A DNA stretch of 64,000 bases. Origin: Candidatus Omnitrophota bacterium. GTDB lineage: Bacteria; Omnitrophota; Gorgyraeia; Zapsychrales; Fredricksoniimonadaceae. Where the stretch lies: NCBI GenBank assembly GCA_015233675.1, contig JADFXH010000002.1, positions 142,794 through 206,793 of the forward strand, written 5' to 3'. The position numbers and the translations under genes were made by a program. Position 1 is the first letter of the stretch. Each line of letters begins with the position of its first letter. The notes below the pieces were generated by a model that saw nothing but the letters and a program-made list of their open reading frames with translations, was not told where the DNA came from and ran no database searches. Shown one piece after another: positions 34,936 through 45,116 of the stretch.

Positions 34936-36537
34936 ATGAATAAAATTACTGACCCGAAGTATTCTAAAGAAGAAATACAAAGATGCGTCAGCCTGCTGGA
35001 AGATTTAGTCAAGAATAGTGTTGAATTAGCGCACCTGTCGGATGAACAGAGGATCGCGATCCTTAAAGTCGCTGGAGAAATCTCACGACCTGACCGGGAT
35101 GAAATTCGAAAAAGAAAAAAGGACAGGATCCGGCTTAAGAAACAGCGGATCGACGATCATGAGCGCAAAATTCGAAGGACAACGGGGATTCGTTCTGCCC
35201 GTGAGTCGGCTGTATTTACGGCACCAAAAGCTATTTTACATGAGAACAAACACGATGCCTTTAAGGAACTTGAATTAATAAATCCGCGTGCCTGCTACAT
35301 CTGCAAGAGTGAGTTTACCAGGGTCCATTTTTTTTACGATGCCATGTGTCCGTCTTGCGCCGAGTTTAATTACGCTAAACGTTTTCAAACAGCTTCTCTT
35401 GACGGGAGCCTCGCCCTGATTACCGGAGCTCGTTTAAAGATCGGCTATCAGGCGTCCCTGATGATGCTGCGTGCAGGTGCCCATGTTATCGCCACCACAC
35501 GTTTTCCCGTTGATGCGGCTTTGCGTTATAGCCGTGAAGCTGATTTTCAAAAATGGAATCAGCGGCTGGATATTTATGGGCTGGATCTGAGACATACGCC
35601 AAGTGTTGAGCTTTTCTGTAACTATGTCGAAAAGAAATATGCCCGTTTGGATTTGCTTATCAACAATGCCGCTCAAACGGTCAGGCGTCCGCCGGGTTTT
35701 TACGCGCATTTAATGCCCAATGAAATGACAGAATTTGCACAACTTCCTTCGAGCGTTCAGTCGCTGCTACGGCCTTATGAGGAGTGTAAATCCAAACTGT
35801 CATTCTCGAATACAAATTCAACATTGTCATTCCCGCGAAAGCGGGAATCCCTCAACATGAATCCCAAATTAAAACATTTGGGGGTAACCGAAATTGAGTT
35901 GGCCTGGAACGGAACAATACCCGGCATTGGATTGAGCTCATCTGCTAAACTTTCGCAGGTTCCTTATACGCATGATCATGCCTTGCAGGTTCAAAAGGCT
36001 TTTCCAAAGGGCAAGTTAGATGTTGATTTGCAGCAGGTGGATTTGAGGGCAACCAATAGTTGGCGTTTAGGGCTTGGGGATATCCCTACCGCCGAGATGA
36101 TCGAGCTGCAGTTAGTCAATGCTATCGCCCCGTTTGTTTTGTGCAATAAACTCGTCCACCTGATGAAAAAAGAAAACACCGGGCAAAAGCATATTGTGAA
36201 CGTCTCTGCGATGGAAGGGAAATTTCACCGGTATACTAAAACCGACCGCCATCCGCATACTAATATGGCTAAGGCCGCCTTGAACATGCTGACCCATACG
36301 TCAGCCAGTGATCTGGTTAAATATGGTATTTATATGAATGCCGTAGACACCGGATGGGTTACCGACGAAGATCCCGCTGCTTTATCCCTGCGTAAACAGG
36401 AAAACCATGACTTTCAGCCGCCTTTGGACATTGTGGATGGCGCTGCCCGGGTTTGCGATCCTTTTTTTCATGGTATCAATACAGGAACCCATTGGTGCGG
36501 CAAATTTCTTAAGGATTATTATCCGGTTGATTGGTAG
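34936..36537 (+). CDS. SDR-family oxidoreductase with an N-terminal basic/zinc-ribbon extension
   Basis: [15 protein letters not shown] (TGxxxxxG-like), LINNAAQT and MAKAAL. The N-terminal extension has CYICKS...CPSC. It contains an in-frame palindromic repeat insertion (see 35799-35850). Confidence 0.7.
   Translation: MNKITDPKYSKEEIQRCVSLLEDLVKNSVELAHLSDEQRIAILKVAGEISRPDRDEIRKRKKDRIRLKKQRIDDHERKIRRTTGIRSARESAVFTAPKAILHENKHDAFKELELINPRACYICKSEFTRVHFFYDAMCPSCAEFNYAKRFQTASLDGSLALITGARLKIGYQASLMMLRAGAHVIATTRFPVDAALRYSREADFQKWNQRLDIYGLDLRHTPSVELFCNYVEKKYARLDLLINNAAQTVRRPPGFYAHLMPNEMTEFAQLPSSVQSLLRPYEECKSKLSFSNTNSTLSFPRKRESLNMNPKLKHLGVTEIELAWNGTIPGIGLSSSAKLSQVPYTHDHALQVQKAFPKGKLDVDLQQVDLRATNSWRLGLGDIPTAEMIELQLVNAIAPFVLCNKLVHLMKKENTGQKHIVNVSAMEGKFHRYTKTDRHPHTNMAKAALNMLTHTSASDLVKYGIYMNAVDTGWVTDEDPAALSLRKQENHDFQPPLDIVDGAARVCDPFFHGINTGTHWCGKFLKDYYPVDW
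35799..35850. repeat. Palindromic repeat-element sequence embedded in-frame in the SDR gene (gtcattcccgcgaaagcgggaat)
   Basis: An 8-bp stem (attcccgc / gcgggaat, GAAA loop) lies at 35829-35848. It is preceded by a half-copy ctgtcattctcgaa at 35799-35812. It translates as [18 protein letters not shown]. The head gtcattcccgcga is shared with the copy at 47521-47574 (minus orientation). Confidence 0.7.
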
Positions 36538-36636
36538 TTAACGTGAATTTGATCGCTTGTAAGCATGAAAAATTGCGGATTTAGGGTTTATCGGGTATAC
36601 TTAAGCAGTGTGTTTTTATAAATTAAGGCCAGAATT

Positions 36637-37251
36637 ATGAAAATGATAGACGTTATTGTTAGGGTTATCATTTTAATCATCGGTGTTGGTGCTATAGCCT
36701 TTTGTGCGCTGCTTTATAATTTTTATGAGAAACAAAAATCGGAAACGGATCTAATTAGTAAACAACAGCAATTAGCCCAACAGGCCAATAGTGATCAATT
36801 TAAACGCCAGCAGGATCAAATTGAACGTTTAAGCAAAGATTTAGAGATCTCCCAGCATCAAATCAATGACCAGAAAGATGCTTTGGCAGACCAAAAAAGT
36901 GCGCTGCTTCAGGAGGCAGAAAAAAGACAGCAAATAGAAAATGAGAGCAAGAGTATCCAAACGGCACTGGTGGATATTAAGGCAGAAGCAGATGCCATCA
37001 AACAGGATGTGAAAGGATGGCAGAAAGATTATGTGGCTGTTTTGGTCCAGCTTGAGAAAAAAATGGATACGTCCCGGGCAGAAACTAAGAATCTTGAGGA
37101 TAGCTTGGCTTCTTTAAATATTCCCGAGCTTAAGCAAAATATAAATTTTTTAAGAATTGAGATTGAAAAGATTGCCCATTCGCTGGACAATACCTTTTCT
37201 AGCACTCCTCCTGTTTTTGACAAGCAAACAGATCGTTCCCAAATGAAGTAG
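36637..37251 (+). CDS. Membrane-anchored coiled-coil protein, function unknown
   Basis: An N-terminal TM (VIVRVIILIIGVGAIAFCALL) followed by a Q/E/K-rich heptad-like sequence. Confidence 0.5.
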   Translation: MKMIDVIVRVIILIIGVGAIAFCALLYNFYEKQKSETDLISKQQQLAQQANSDQFKRQQDQIERLSKDLEISQHQINDQKDALADQKSALLQEAEKRQQIENESKSIQTALVDIKAEADAIKQDVKGWQKDYVAVLVQLEKKMDTSRAETKNLEDSLASLNIPELKQNINFLRIEIEKIAHSLDNTFSSTPPVFDKQTDRSQMK

Positions 37252-37260
37252 AGGAAAAAG

Positions 37261-38136
37261 ATGAAGATTAATGTGAAAGATTTTCAGGTTATTGAAGGAC
37301 GAAACATTGATCTTAAAAAACGTCCGACCCTTATTAAGCCATTTTACAAGTCTAAGGACCACTATAAAGAGATGTTGGAGCAACACATTGCAGAATTAAG
37401 CGGCATACAAAATGTCCTTTATGCTGATAACCGTTATGCTTTATTATTAATTTTTCAAGCAATGGATGCCGCAGGGAAAGACGGCGCTATCAAGCATGTG
37501 ATGTCAGGCGTCAATCCCCAAGGCTGTCAGGTTTTTAGTTTCAAACACCCCAGTCCCGAGGAACTAGACCATGATTTCTTATGGCGGACCACCCGTGATT
37601 TGCCCCAACGGGGAATGATAGGCATATTCAACCGTTCTTACTATGAAGAAGTGTTGGTTGTCCGTGTTCATCCTCAGATTCTTCAGGGAGAAAAGATACC
37701 GAATCCTCTTTTAAGCTTAAAAACTATTTGGGAGGAGCGTTTTCGTTCCATCAGAGACCTGGAAAAACATCTTTATTATAATGGAACTAGAATCATTAAA
37801 TTCTTTCTACATCTTTCTAAAGAAGAACAGCGCCGGCGGTTTCTTAAACGGCTTGATGATCCATCAAAGAATTGGAAAATCAGTCTTGCTGATATGCAAG
37901 AAAGGAAATTCTGGAAAGATTATATGAAGGCCTATGAGGCTTGCCTGAGTGCCACAAGTTTAGCCCTTGCTCCATGGTTTATTGTTCCTGCCGATGATAA
38001 AGAAAACGCGCGGTTGATTATCTCCCAGACCATTATGGATACGCTTAAAAGTCTGAAAATGTCATATCCCCAACCGGATTCCCTGCATCGCAAAGAACTG
38101 CTTGCAATGCGTAAAGAATTATTGCGAACCAAATGA
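37261..38136 (+). CDS. ppk2: Polyphosphate kinase 2 family protein
   Basis: [20 protein letters not shown] (Walker A-like), [24 protein letters not shown] and a lid region. Confidence 0.85.
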   Translation: MKINVKDFQVIEGRNIDLKKRPTLIKPFYKSKDHYKEMLEQHIAELSGIQNVLYADNRYALLLIFQAMDAAGKDGAIKHVMSGVNPQGCQVFSFKHPSPEELDHDFLWRTTRDLPQRGMIGIFNRSYYEEVLVVRVHPQILQGEKIPNPLLSLKTIWEERFRSIRDLEKHLYYNGTRIIKFFLHLSKEEQRRRFLKRLDDPSKNWKISLADMQERKFWKDYMKAYEACLSATSLALAPWFIVPADDKENARLIISQTIMDTLKSLKMSYPQPDSLHRKELLAMRKELLRTK

Positions 38137-38308
38137 GCGCGCGAAGTTTAATTTCAATGACAGTTCCTTTATTTGTGTTATAATGCCCTGCTCATGTCTT
38201 AAAGTTGTTTTCAATGCTATATTCCCTCCTTAATTTTAATATTTCTATAGGGAATGGGCACGGCTTAAGAATTATTTTAGAAGCAATATTATATGGAAGG
38301 GGTAAGTA

Positions 38309-39715
38309 ATGGGGAAGATATCACATCCTGGTGAAGATATATTGTCTTCCAAAGAAGAGATGCTCTTAGCCAAAGAAGCAGAATATTGTTCCTGGGGCGA
38401 TACAGTGCATTACGCCAAGGAGTTGAAGATTTTCAGCCGTTCTGAGGGAATTTATGTTTATGATACCCAGGGAACCCAGTATCTTGATCTGCAAATGTGG
38501 CATTCGGTCGCCAATTTTGGGTATAAGAATGATTTTATAAACAATATTGTTAAAGACCAGATTGACATGCTTCCCCAACTGTCATGTCAGTATTTACATG
38601 AAGAAAAAATACTGCTCGCTGAAAAAATAGCTAAAAATATTGAAAAAACATTTGGTGAAAAAGGCAGGGTGCACTTTAATATAGGCGGTGCATCTGCCAT
38701 CGAGGACGCGATTAAAATCGTCCGCAACCATACCAAGAAAAATGCTGTTTTCGCCTTCATGGGTGGATATCACGGCCGTACGCTTGGGGCCTCAGCGATA
38801 ACATCCAGCTATCGTTACCGCGAACATTTCGGACATTTCTCGGACCGGGCCCATTTTGTCCAATTCCCTTATAAGTTCCGTTGTCCTTCCGACCGTGGCG
38901 AAAACTGTTGCGATATGACATGTTTTAAGGAATTCGAGAAATTATTCGAATCAGAGTATTATTCTTTGGTTAATCCTAAAACCAAGAACTGTGAATACGG
39001 GGCATTTTTTGTCGAGCCGGTGCAGGCTACCGGCGGTTATATCGTCCCCCCCAAGGATTATTTTAAGGCGCTAAAAAAATTGCTCGACCGATATCAGGTT
39101 TTATTCGTGGATGATGAAGTGCATATGGGCTTTTACCGCACAGGGAAAATGTGGGCGATTGAACATTTTGATGTCGTTCCTGATATAATTGTTTTTGGTA
39201 AGGCCTGCACCAATGGTTTAAACCCCCTTTCAGGTATATGGGCCAAGGAGCATTTGATCTCTCCGGAAGTTTTTCCTCCGGGATCAACACATTCCACCTA
39301 TTCCTCTAATTCTATAGGCACTGCGGCGGCTTTGGGGGTCATGAATTTAATCGAAGCTTCTGATTTTTCCACCAGTGTTCCTGAAAAGGGCAGGTATTTT
39401 TTGGATCGGCTTAAAGAATTAAAGAAAAAACACCCTCAGATCGGTGATGTTGATGGGCTGGGGTTAGCGCTGCGTATTGAAATTTGCCAGAAAGACGGGC
39501 GTACGCCAGACCGTGAATTGGCAGATAAGGTTATGAACATTGGTTTGAAAGGGAAATTGACTGCCGCGGGCCGCGAACGGGGTTTGCTTTTGAGCATCGG
39601 AGGATATTTTAAAAATGTTTTTACTTTAGCGCCATCTTTGTATATAACACATAAAGAAATTGATTTAGCGATAGATCTGTTTGAAGAGGCTTTTTGCGAA
39701 GGGCTGAAGGCTTAA
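38309..39715 (+). CDS. Class-III (omega) PLP-dependent aminotransferase
   Basis: GGASAIEDAIK, GGYHGRT, FVDDEVHMGFYRTGKMWA and IVFGKACTNG (PLP Lys). Confidence 0.8.
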   Translation: MGKISHPGEDILSSKEEMLLAKEAEYCSWGDTVHYAKELKIFSRSEGIYVYDTQGTQYLDLQMWHSVANFGYKNDFINNIVKDQIDMLPQLSCQYLHEEKILLAEKIAKNIEKTFGEKGRVHFNIGGASAIEDAIKIVRNHTKKNAVFAFMGGYHGRTLGASAITSSYRYREHFGHFSDRAHFVQFPYKFRCPSDRGENCCDMTCFKEFEKLFESEYYSLVNPKTKNCEYGAFFVEPVQATGGYIVPPKDYFKALKKLLDRYQVLFVDDEVHMGFYRTGKMWAIEHFDVVPDIIVFGKACTNGLNPLSGIWAKEHLISPEVFPPGSTHSTYSSNSIGTAAALGVMNLIEASDFSTSVPEKGRYFLDRLKELKKKHPQIGDVDGLGLALRIEICQKDGRTPDRELADKVMNIGLKGKLTAAGRERGLLLSIGGYFKNVFTLAPSLYITHKEIDLAIDLFEEAFCEGLKA

Positions 39716-40053
39716 TGATAAATAAATTAATGAATGTGAGGAATTTTTTAATCATTGGTTTATGCTTTAGTCTTACTGGTTGCGCGCATACCTCCAACAA
39801 AGCTGTGAAACCTTTTGTTGATCCCCAGTATGGAATGACCAGGCAGCAAATGGTTGAATTGTTCGGCAGGCCAGACACTATAGAAATTTATAGAAAATCT
39901 GATCAGACCAAAGAAGAATTCTATATTTATGTCAAGAAATACCAATCTTCCCAAATAAATGTCCCGGTTTGTTTGGTCGATAATAAAGTCATTGGCTGGG
40001 GAAAGACTTTTTATGAAGATCATGTCAGTTCGGACGAAATCAGAATAAAATGA
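39715..40053 (+). CDS. Small lipoprotein (BamE/SmpA-like)
   Basis: The ATG overlaps the upstream stop (TAATG). Lipobox FSLTGC. GMTRQQMVELFGRPDTIE resembles the SmpA/OmlA motif. Confidence 0.45.
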   Translation: MINKLMNVRNFLIIGLCFSLTGCAHTSNKAVKPFVDPQYGMTRQQMVELFGRPDTIEIYRKSDQTKEEFYIYVKKYQSSQINVPVCLVDNKVIGWGKTFYEDHVSSDEIRIK

Positions 40054-40065
40054 ATTTACAAAAAA

Positions 40066-41448
40066 ATGGCTATTACCAAAAAATTAATTCATTTTAATGA
40101 TAGTTTTGGAGCTTTTTGTGACCGGGGTATTGTATTTTCATTATGCGTTTTAATTTTTGTTTTGCCGGCTTCTATTGCTTTACTTGATTCTTTTGCGGCT
40201 TTGGCAGTTTCTTTTTATTTTGTGAAGAAAATACACCGCATTGCCATTGATTGGCCCTCAAGAAGCGTTAATTCAAATTTTTTAAGAAAAATTAAATTCA
40301 TCTGGGAAGGGCTTGCCCCTCCTGCCAATTGTCTTAGCCTTCCTCTGCAATTATTAGCTTTCGCTTTTTTTATTTCTGTTTTATTCAGCCAGTATCCGAC
40401 ACTTAGTTTATTTGCTTTTTTTGGTAAATTTATCAAATGTGTTTTTTTGTATTTTAGTTTCATAGAAGCGTTTAGTAATGAAAAGCGTATTTGGATTTTC
40501 TTAAACTTTTTTTTGTTATCTGCTTTAATAACGGTTTTAAGCGGAGTGTTTCAACATTATACAGGGAAAGATTTCTTAAAAGGGCATCTAATTGGGGCTG
40601 AGAATTTTGTTTCGACTCAAAGGATAAATGCATCATTTTTTAGTCCCAATGGTTTTGGCGCTTATTTGTTGCTTGTCATTGGGCTTGTTTTGCATCTTCT
40701 GTTTACAGCGATTGTTAATAATAAATCACCGATTTTGAAAGGATCGCTTGGTTTTTTCTTGTTCCTGTTGCTGTTTTGTTTGTGCTGGACTTATTCTAGA
40801 AGTTCCTGGGCCGGATTCTTGATCATGTTGTTTGTGATGTCTTTGATAGATCGACGAAAGATTTTATTTTTAGGAGCTTTATTAATAGTCTTTGTTTTTA
40901 TTTTTCTGCCTTTTTTGAATAACATCAGACACATGCGCTTGAGAGACGGCGTTAGTGCAGGGAGTGTTGCAAAAGAAGGCTTTTCGTATCAATTAAAAAC
41001 TTTTATAGTGCAAAACGGGTCAGGACGTTTTAATTTTTGGAAGAAAGCGATTTCAATCATTCGTTCATCTCCGGTCTATGGAACAGGCCTTAACACCTAT
41101 GCCAGGATCCTTAAGCGAGATCCTCCTAAAAATAGATGGTATGCTCATAATTGTTATTTACAGATGGCGGCAGAGACCGGATTGTTAGGACTGGCTTGTT
41201 TTTTATGGATGTTATATGTTTTGTTGCTGCATGGTTTAAGTAATTGCAGGCACATAAAGGACTTGTGGGCACTGAGCTTGCTTCAGGGGGTTCTGTCGGG
41301 CCTATTTGGATTCCTGGGGCAGAGTTTTTTCGATAATACTTTTTACACGGTTCAATTAGGAGTGCTCATGTGGGTGTTTTTTGGGTTGATGGTAGCTTTG
41401 ACCAGGTTAAATCCAATGACAGAGTTCCAAGAGAGGAGCGATGGTTGA
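40066..41448 (+). CDS. O-antigen ligase family (Wzy_C) membrane protein
   Basis: About 10-12 TM segments. TYSRSSWAGFL, GTGLNTY and HNCYLQMAAETGLLGL are typical of WaaL/O-antigen polymerase-type proteins. Confidence 0.8.
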   Translation: MAITKKLIHFNDSFGAFCDRGIVFSLCVLIFVLPASIALLDSFAALAVSFYFVKKIHRIAIDWPSRSVNSNFLRKIKFIWEGLAPPANCLSLPLQLLAFAFFISVLFSQYPTLSLFAFFGKFIKCVFLYFSFIEAFSNEKRIWIFLNFFLLSALITVLSGVFQHYTGKDFLKGHLIGAENFVSTQRINASFFSPNGFGAYLLLVIGLVLHLLFTAIVNNKSPILKGSLGFFLFLLLFCLCWTYSRSSWAGFLIMLFVMSLIDRRKILFLGALLIVFVFIFLPFLNNIRHMRLRDGVSAGSVAKEGFSYQLKTFIVQNGSGRFNFWKKAISIIRSSPVYGTGLNTYARILKRDPPKNRWYAHNCYLQMAAETGLLGLACFLWMLYVLLLHGLSNCRHIKDLWALSLLQGVLSGLFGFLGQSFFDNTFYTVQLGVLMWVFFGLMVALTRLNPMTEFQERSDG

Positions 41449-42548
41449 TTAAAAAGAGAACACGCAGGATAGGGATTTTAACTAGCGGCGGGGATTGCCC
41501 GGGGTTGAATGCTGTTATCCGGGCCGTTACTAAAAAAGCGATTCATGAATATGGTTATGAAGTCATCGGGATCAAGGATGGTTTTGAAGGGTTGCTTTTT
41601 AACAGGCACCTTAAATTGAGTGAAAAAGATGTCTCCGGTATTTTGACCTTGGGAGGGACAATTTTAGGGACAACGAATAGAGCTAATCCCTATAAGTATC
41701 CTGTCGAAAGTAAAGACACCGTTGTCTACAAAGATTTTTCAGGTCAAGTCATTGAGAATTTGCGTAAATTAAAAATTGATCGTTTGGTATGCATCGGAGG
41801 TGATGGCACCCTAGATACTGCCCATCGTTTGTCTCTCCAGGGAGTGGCAGTGGTGGGGGTGCCTAAAACTATAGATAATGATGTCAAAGGGACTGACATC
41901 ACCTTTGGTTTTGATACGGCTGTTCATATAGCCACTGAAGGCGTTGACAGGCTTCATACCACGGCGGAATCTCATCACAGGATCATGATCCTCGAAGTGA
42001 TGGGAAGATCGGCCGGTTGGATCGCGCTTTATGCCGGTTTGGCCGGTGGCGGTGATGGGATTCTTATTCCTGAAATTCCTTATGATCTAAACCATATAGC
42101 ACAACATATTAAAGACCGTAGAAAAAAAGGGAAAAACTTTACGATTTTAGTGGTATCTGAAGGAGCCAAACCTTTGGGGGGCGGCGTGACTGTGCAAAGG
42201 ATAGTCAAAGATGGATCAGAGCCTGTTCGCTTGGGCGGAGTCAGTTTTGTGATCGGTCGTGAGCTAGAGAAACTGACGGGCATTGAAACCCGTAATGTGG
42301 TATTGGGGCACCTCCAGCGCGGAGGGTCACCTTCTCCTTTTGACAGGATATTAGGGACACAATTAGGATCAAAGGCGGTTGATCTTATTGCGCAAGGGGA
42401 GTTGGGTTGCATGGCTGGGGTCAAAAATGGATGCCTGGTTAAAGTCCCTTTATCAAAAGTTGCACATGGTTCAAGGCGTGTGCCAGTTGATCATTCTCTG
42501 ATTAAAGATGCGCGTGCTATAGGGACCTGTTTTGGAGATGGCAGATGA
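41445..42548 (+). CDS. pfkA: ATP-dependent 6-phosphofructokinase
   Basis: IGILTSGGDCPGLNAVIRA, IGGDGT, PKTIDND, MGRSAGW and LGHLQRGG. The TTG at 41445 follows GAGAGGAG by 6 nt. The longer 41370 ORF overlaps the ligase gene. Confidence 0.9.
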   Translation: MIKKRTRRIGILTSGGDCPGLNAVIRAVTKKAIHEYGYEVIGIKDGFEGLLFNRHLKLSEKDVSGILTLGGTILGTTNRANPYKYPVESKDTVVYKDFSGQVIENLRKLKIDRLVCIGGDGTLDTAHRLSLQGVAVVGVPKTIDNDVKGTDITFGFDTAVHIATEGVDRLHTTAESHHRIMILEVMGRSAGWIALYAGLAGGGDGILIPEIPYDLNHIAQHIKDRRKKGKNFTILVVSEGAKPLGGGVTVQRIVKDGSEPVRLGGVSFVIGRELEKLTGIETRNVVLGHLQRGGSPSPFDRILGTQLGSKAVDLIAQGELGCMAGVKNGCLVKVPLSKVAHGSRRVPVDHSLIKDARAIGTCFGDGR

Positions 42549-45064
42549 ATAATAAACAAAAATCACAAATTCTTGATTTTGATTATAAAGGATGCGCAAA
42601 AGAGATTCTTTTTGAAAAATTTCAAACTTCCCCAAGCGGGCTATCCGAGCCAGAAGCCCAAAAACGCCTCGACGAATATGGCTTCAATGAAGCTGCCAAA
42701 AAACAGAAAAGAGCGCTTGTTTTTCAATTTATACTCAAATTTTTTCACCCCTTAGTGGTTTTGCTTGTTGTGATAGCGGCCGTTACCTTTTGGACCGGGG
42801 ATCCGGTCAGCGGCTCTATCATTGGCGTCATGGCGGTCATGAGTGTTGTTTTGGGTTTTTTTCAAGAATATCGCGCCGATCGAGAAGCGGAAAAATTGAG
42901 CGAGATGGTCCGTGCCACGGCGACGGTGCATCGTAACGGCAAGTCTAAAGAAATTCCCATTAAACAGATTGTCCCCGGTGATATTGTGGATTTATTCGCA
43001 GGAGACATGATCCCGGCAGATTTGAGAATCATCCAAGCCAAAGATTTATTTATTAACCAAGCGGCTTTAACCGGTGAATCCATGCCGGTGGAGAAAACCC
43101 CTACAGTTGATAGTATCGCTTTTATGGGATCGAGTGTTGTCAGCGGTACAGCTTTAGGGGTTGTTTTAAGGACTGGTTTGGCCACCGAGTTTGGGGCCAT
43201 TTCCAAGCGATTGGCCTCCATCAATCAGCCAACCAGTTTTGATAAGGGTATTAACAAATTTGTATGGCTTATGATCCGTGCCATGATCGTGTTGGTTGTG
43301 GCTATTTGCGCCATCAATTACTTTACCAAAGGTAATTTTATGGAAGCGCTTTTGTTTTCCCTGGCCGTGGCCATCGGTTTGACTCCGGAAATGCTTCCCA
43401 TGCTGGTGACGATCAACTTGTCCAAAGGGGCCATCGCGATGTCCAAAAAGGATGTCATCGTTAAACGTTTGAATTCCATCCAGAATTTTGGCGCGATGGA
43501 TGTGCTTTGCACTGACAAAACGGGAACGTTAACATTAGATAAAATCGTTTTGGAGAAATATTGTGATGTCGTCAGGAACGAGGACCAGGGAGTTTTAAAA
43601 TTGGCGTATATCAACAGTTTTTATCAAACAGGACTTAAAAATATATTGGACAAAGCGGTTTTAAAATATGAAAAATTGGTCGTCAAGCAATATAAAAAGA
43701 TCGATGAGATGCCCTTCGACTTCTCCCGCAGGATCATGTCGGTCGTTGTGGACATGGAGGGTAAGCATAAGATTATTTCCAAAGGCGCTCCTGAGGAAAT
43801 ATTAAAAAGATGCAAGAGATATGAATTGGAAGGGGAGATAGAAGAGTTAGACCAAATGGTCCTGACGGATTTAAAAGAAGAATATGATTCCTTAAGTGCT
43901 GACGGATTCAGGGTTCTGGCGATAGCTTATAAAGACATGGATGTTAACAAAGAAATTTATTCCAAAGATGATGAGCAAGACCTGGTTTTAAAAGGCTATA
44001 TTGCGTTTCTTGACCCCCCAAAACCCACAGCTCGTAAGACCATCGAAGCCTTAAAGAAATTAGGCATAGAACTTAAAGTGCTCACCGGTGATAATGATTT
44101 AGTTACTAAAAAAATTTGTGGTGAGGTGGGGCTTGATGTCAAAGGGCTGGCGACAGGAGAACAGTTAGAAAAAATTACGGAGGACCAACTTAAGGAATTA
44201 GTTAAGACCACCACGGTTTTTGCCAGACTCTCGCCTTTGCAAAAAGAACGAGTCATACGCGCATTGCACAGGAACAATCATACGGTGGGTTATTTGGGAG
44301 ATGGGATCAACGATGCGCCGGCCCTAAAAGCGGCGGACGTTGGGATTTCAGTTAATAATGCGGTTGACATCGCTAAAGAATCTGCGGATTTGATCCTTTT
44401 ACAGAAAAATTTGATGGTTCTTTGTGACGGTGTATTAGAAGGAAGAAGGGTTTTTGGCAATATTTCTAAATATGTCAAAATGGGGGCGAGTTCTAACTTC
44501 GGCAATATGTTCAGTATGACGGGGGCCAGTTTCCTTTTGCCGTTCTTACCCATGCTGCCGATACAGATCATTTTAAATAATTTTCTCTACGATGCCTCCC
44601 AGATAGCCATTCCCTCGGATGGAATCGATGAAGAGTATCTTTTAAAGTCAAGGCCGTGGAATATTGAATATATCAAAAGATTCATGATTTATTTTGGGCC
44701 TTTAAGTTCTGTTTTTGATTATATAACTTTTGGGGTCCTGCTGTTTATCTTCCATGCCTCTCAGCCGTTATTTTGCACGGGTTGGTTTTTAGAATCCATG
44801 TGTACGCAAACCTTGGTCATTCATATTATTCGTACCGGTAAAATACCATTTATAGAAAGTACGCCCAGCCCCTTTTTATTGTTTACCTCTATTTATATTG
44901 TATCAATTGCGCTGGTTCTTCCCTTTACTCCATTGGGAAATTATTTTAAATTTGTTATGCCGCCCGCGACATTCTTTTTGGCTCTCATTATTATTGTGGG
45001 GTCTTATTTGTACTTTGTTCAGGCGTTGAAAGTATGGTTTATTAAAAAATATGGTTACGAATAA
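42545..45064 (+). CDS. mgtA: P-type ATPase, Mg2+-importing (MgtA-like)
   Basis: GLSEPEAQKRLDEYGFNE, TGES, CTDKTGTLT, TGDN and GDGINDAPALK, with 10 TM and an MgtA-type length. Substrate assignment is less certain than the family. Confidence 0.75.
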   Translation: MNNKQKSQILDFDYKGCAKEILFEKFQTSPSGLSEPEAQKRLDEYGFNEAAKKQKRALVFQFILKFFHPLVVLLVVIAAVTFWTGDPVSGSIIGVMAVMSVVLGFFQEYRADREAEKLSEMVRATATVHRNGKSKEIPIKQIVPGDIVDLFAGDMIPADLRIIQAKDLFINQAALTGESMPVEKTPTVDSIAFMGSSVVSGTALGVVLRTGLATEFGAISKRLASINQPTSFDKGINKFVWLMIRAMIVLVVAICAINYFTKGNFMEALLFSLAVAIGLTPEMLPMLVTINLSKGAIAMSKKDVIVKRLNSIQNFGAMDVLCTDKTGTLTLDKIVLEKYCDVVRNEDQGVLKLAYINSFYQTGLKNILDKAVLKYEKLVVKQYKKIDEMPFDFSRRIMSVVVDMEGKHKIISKGAPEEILKRCKRYELEGEIEELDQMVLTDLKEEYDSLSADGFRVLAIAYKDMDVNKEIYSKDDEQDLVLKGYIAFLDPPKPTARKTIEALKKLGIELKVLTGDNDLVTKKICGEVGLDVKGLATGEQLEKITEDQLKELVKTTTVFARLSPLQKERVIRALHRNNHTVGYLGDGINDAPALKAADVGISVNNAVDIAKESADLILLQKNLMVLCDGVLEGRRVFGNISKYVKMGASSNFGNMFSMTGASFLLPFLPMLPIQIILNNFLYDASQIAIPSDGIDEEYLLKSRPWNIEYIKRFMIYFGPLSSVFDYITFGVLLFIFHASQPLFCTGWFLESMCTQTLVIHIIRTGKIPFIESTPSPFLLFTSIYIVSIALVLPFTPLGNYFKFVMPPATFFLALIIIVGSYLYFVQALKVWFIKKYGYE

Positions 45065-45116
45065 ATTTTGTCTGCTTTTTTTTCAGTAATTTTCTTCAAT
45101 TTCCCTGGAGGCCCGT

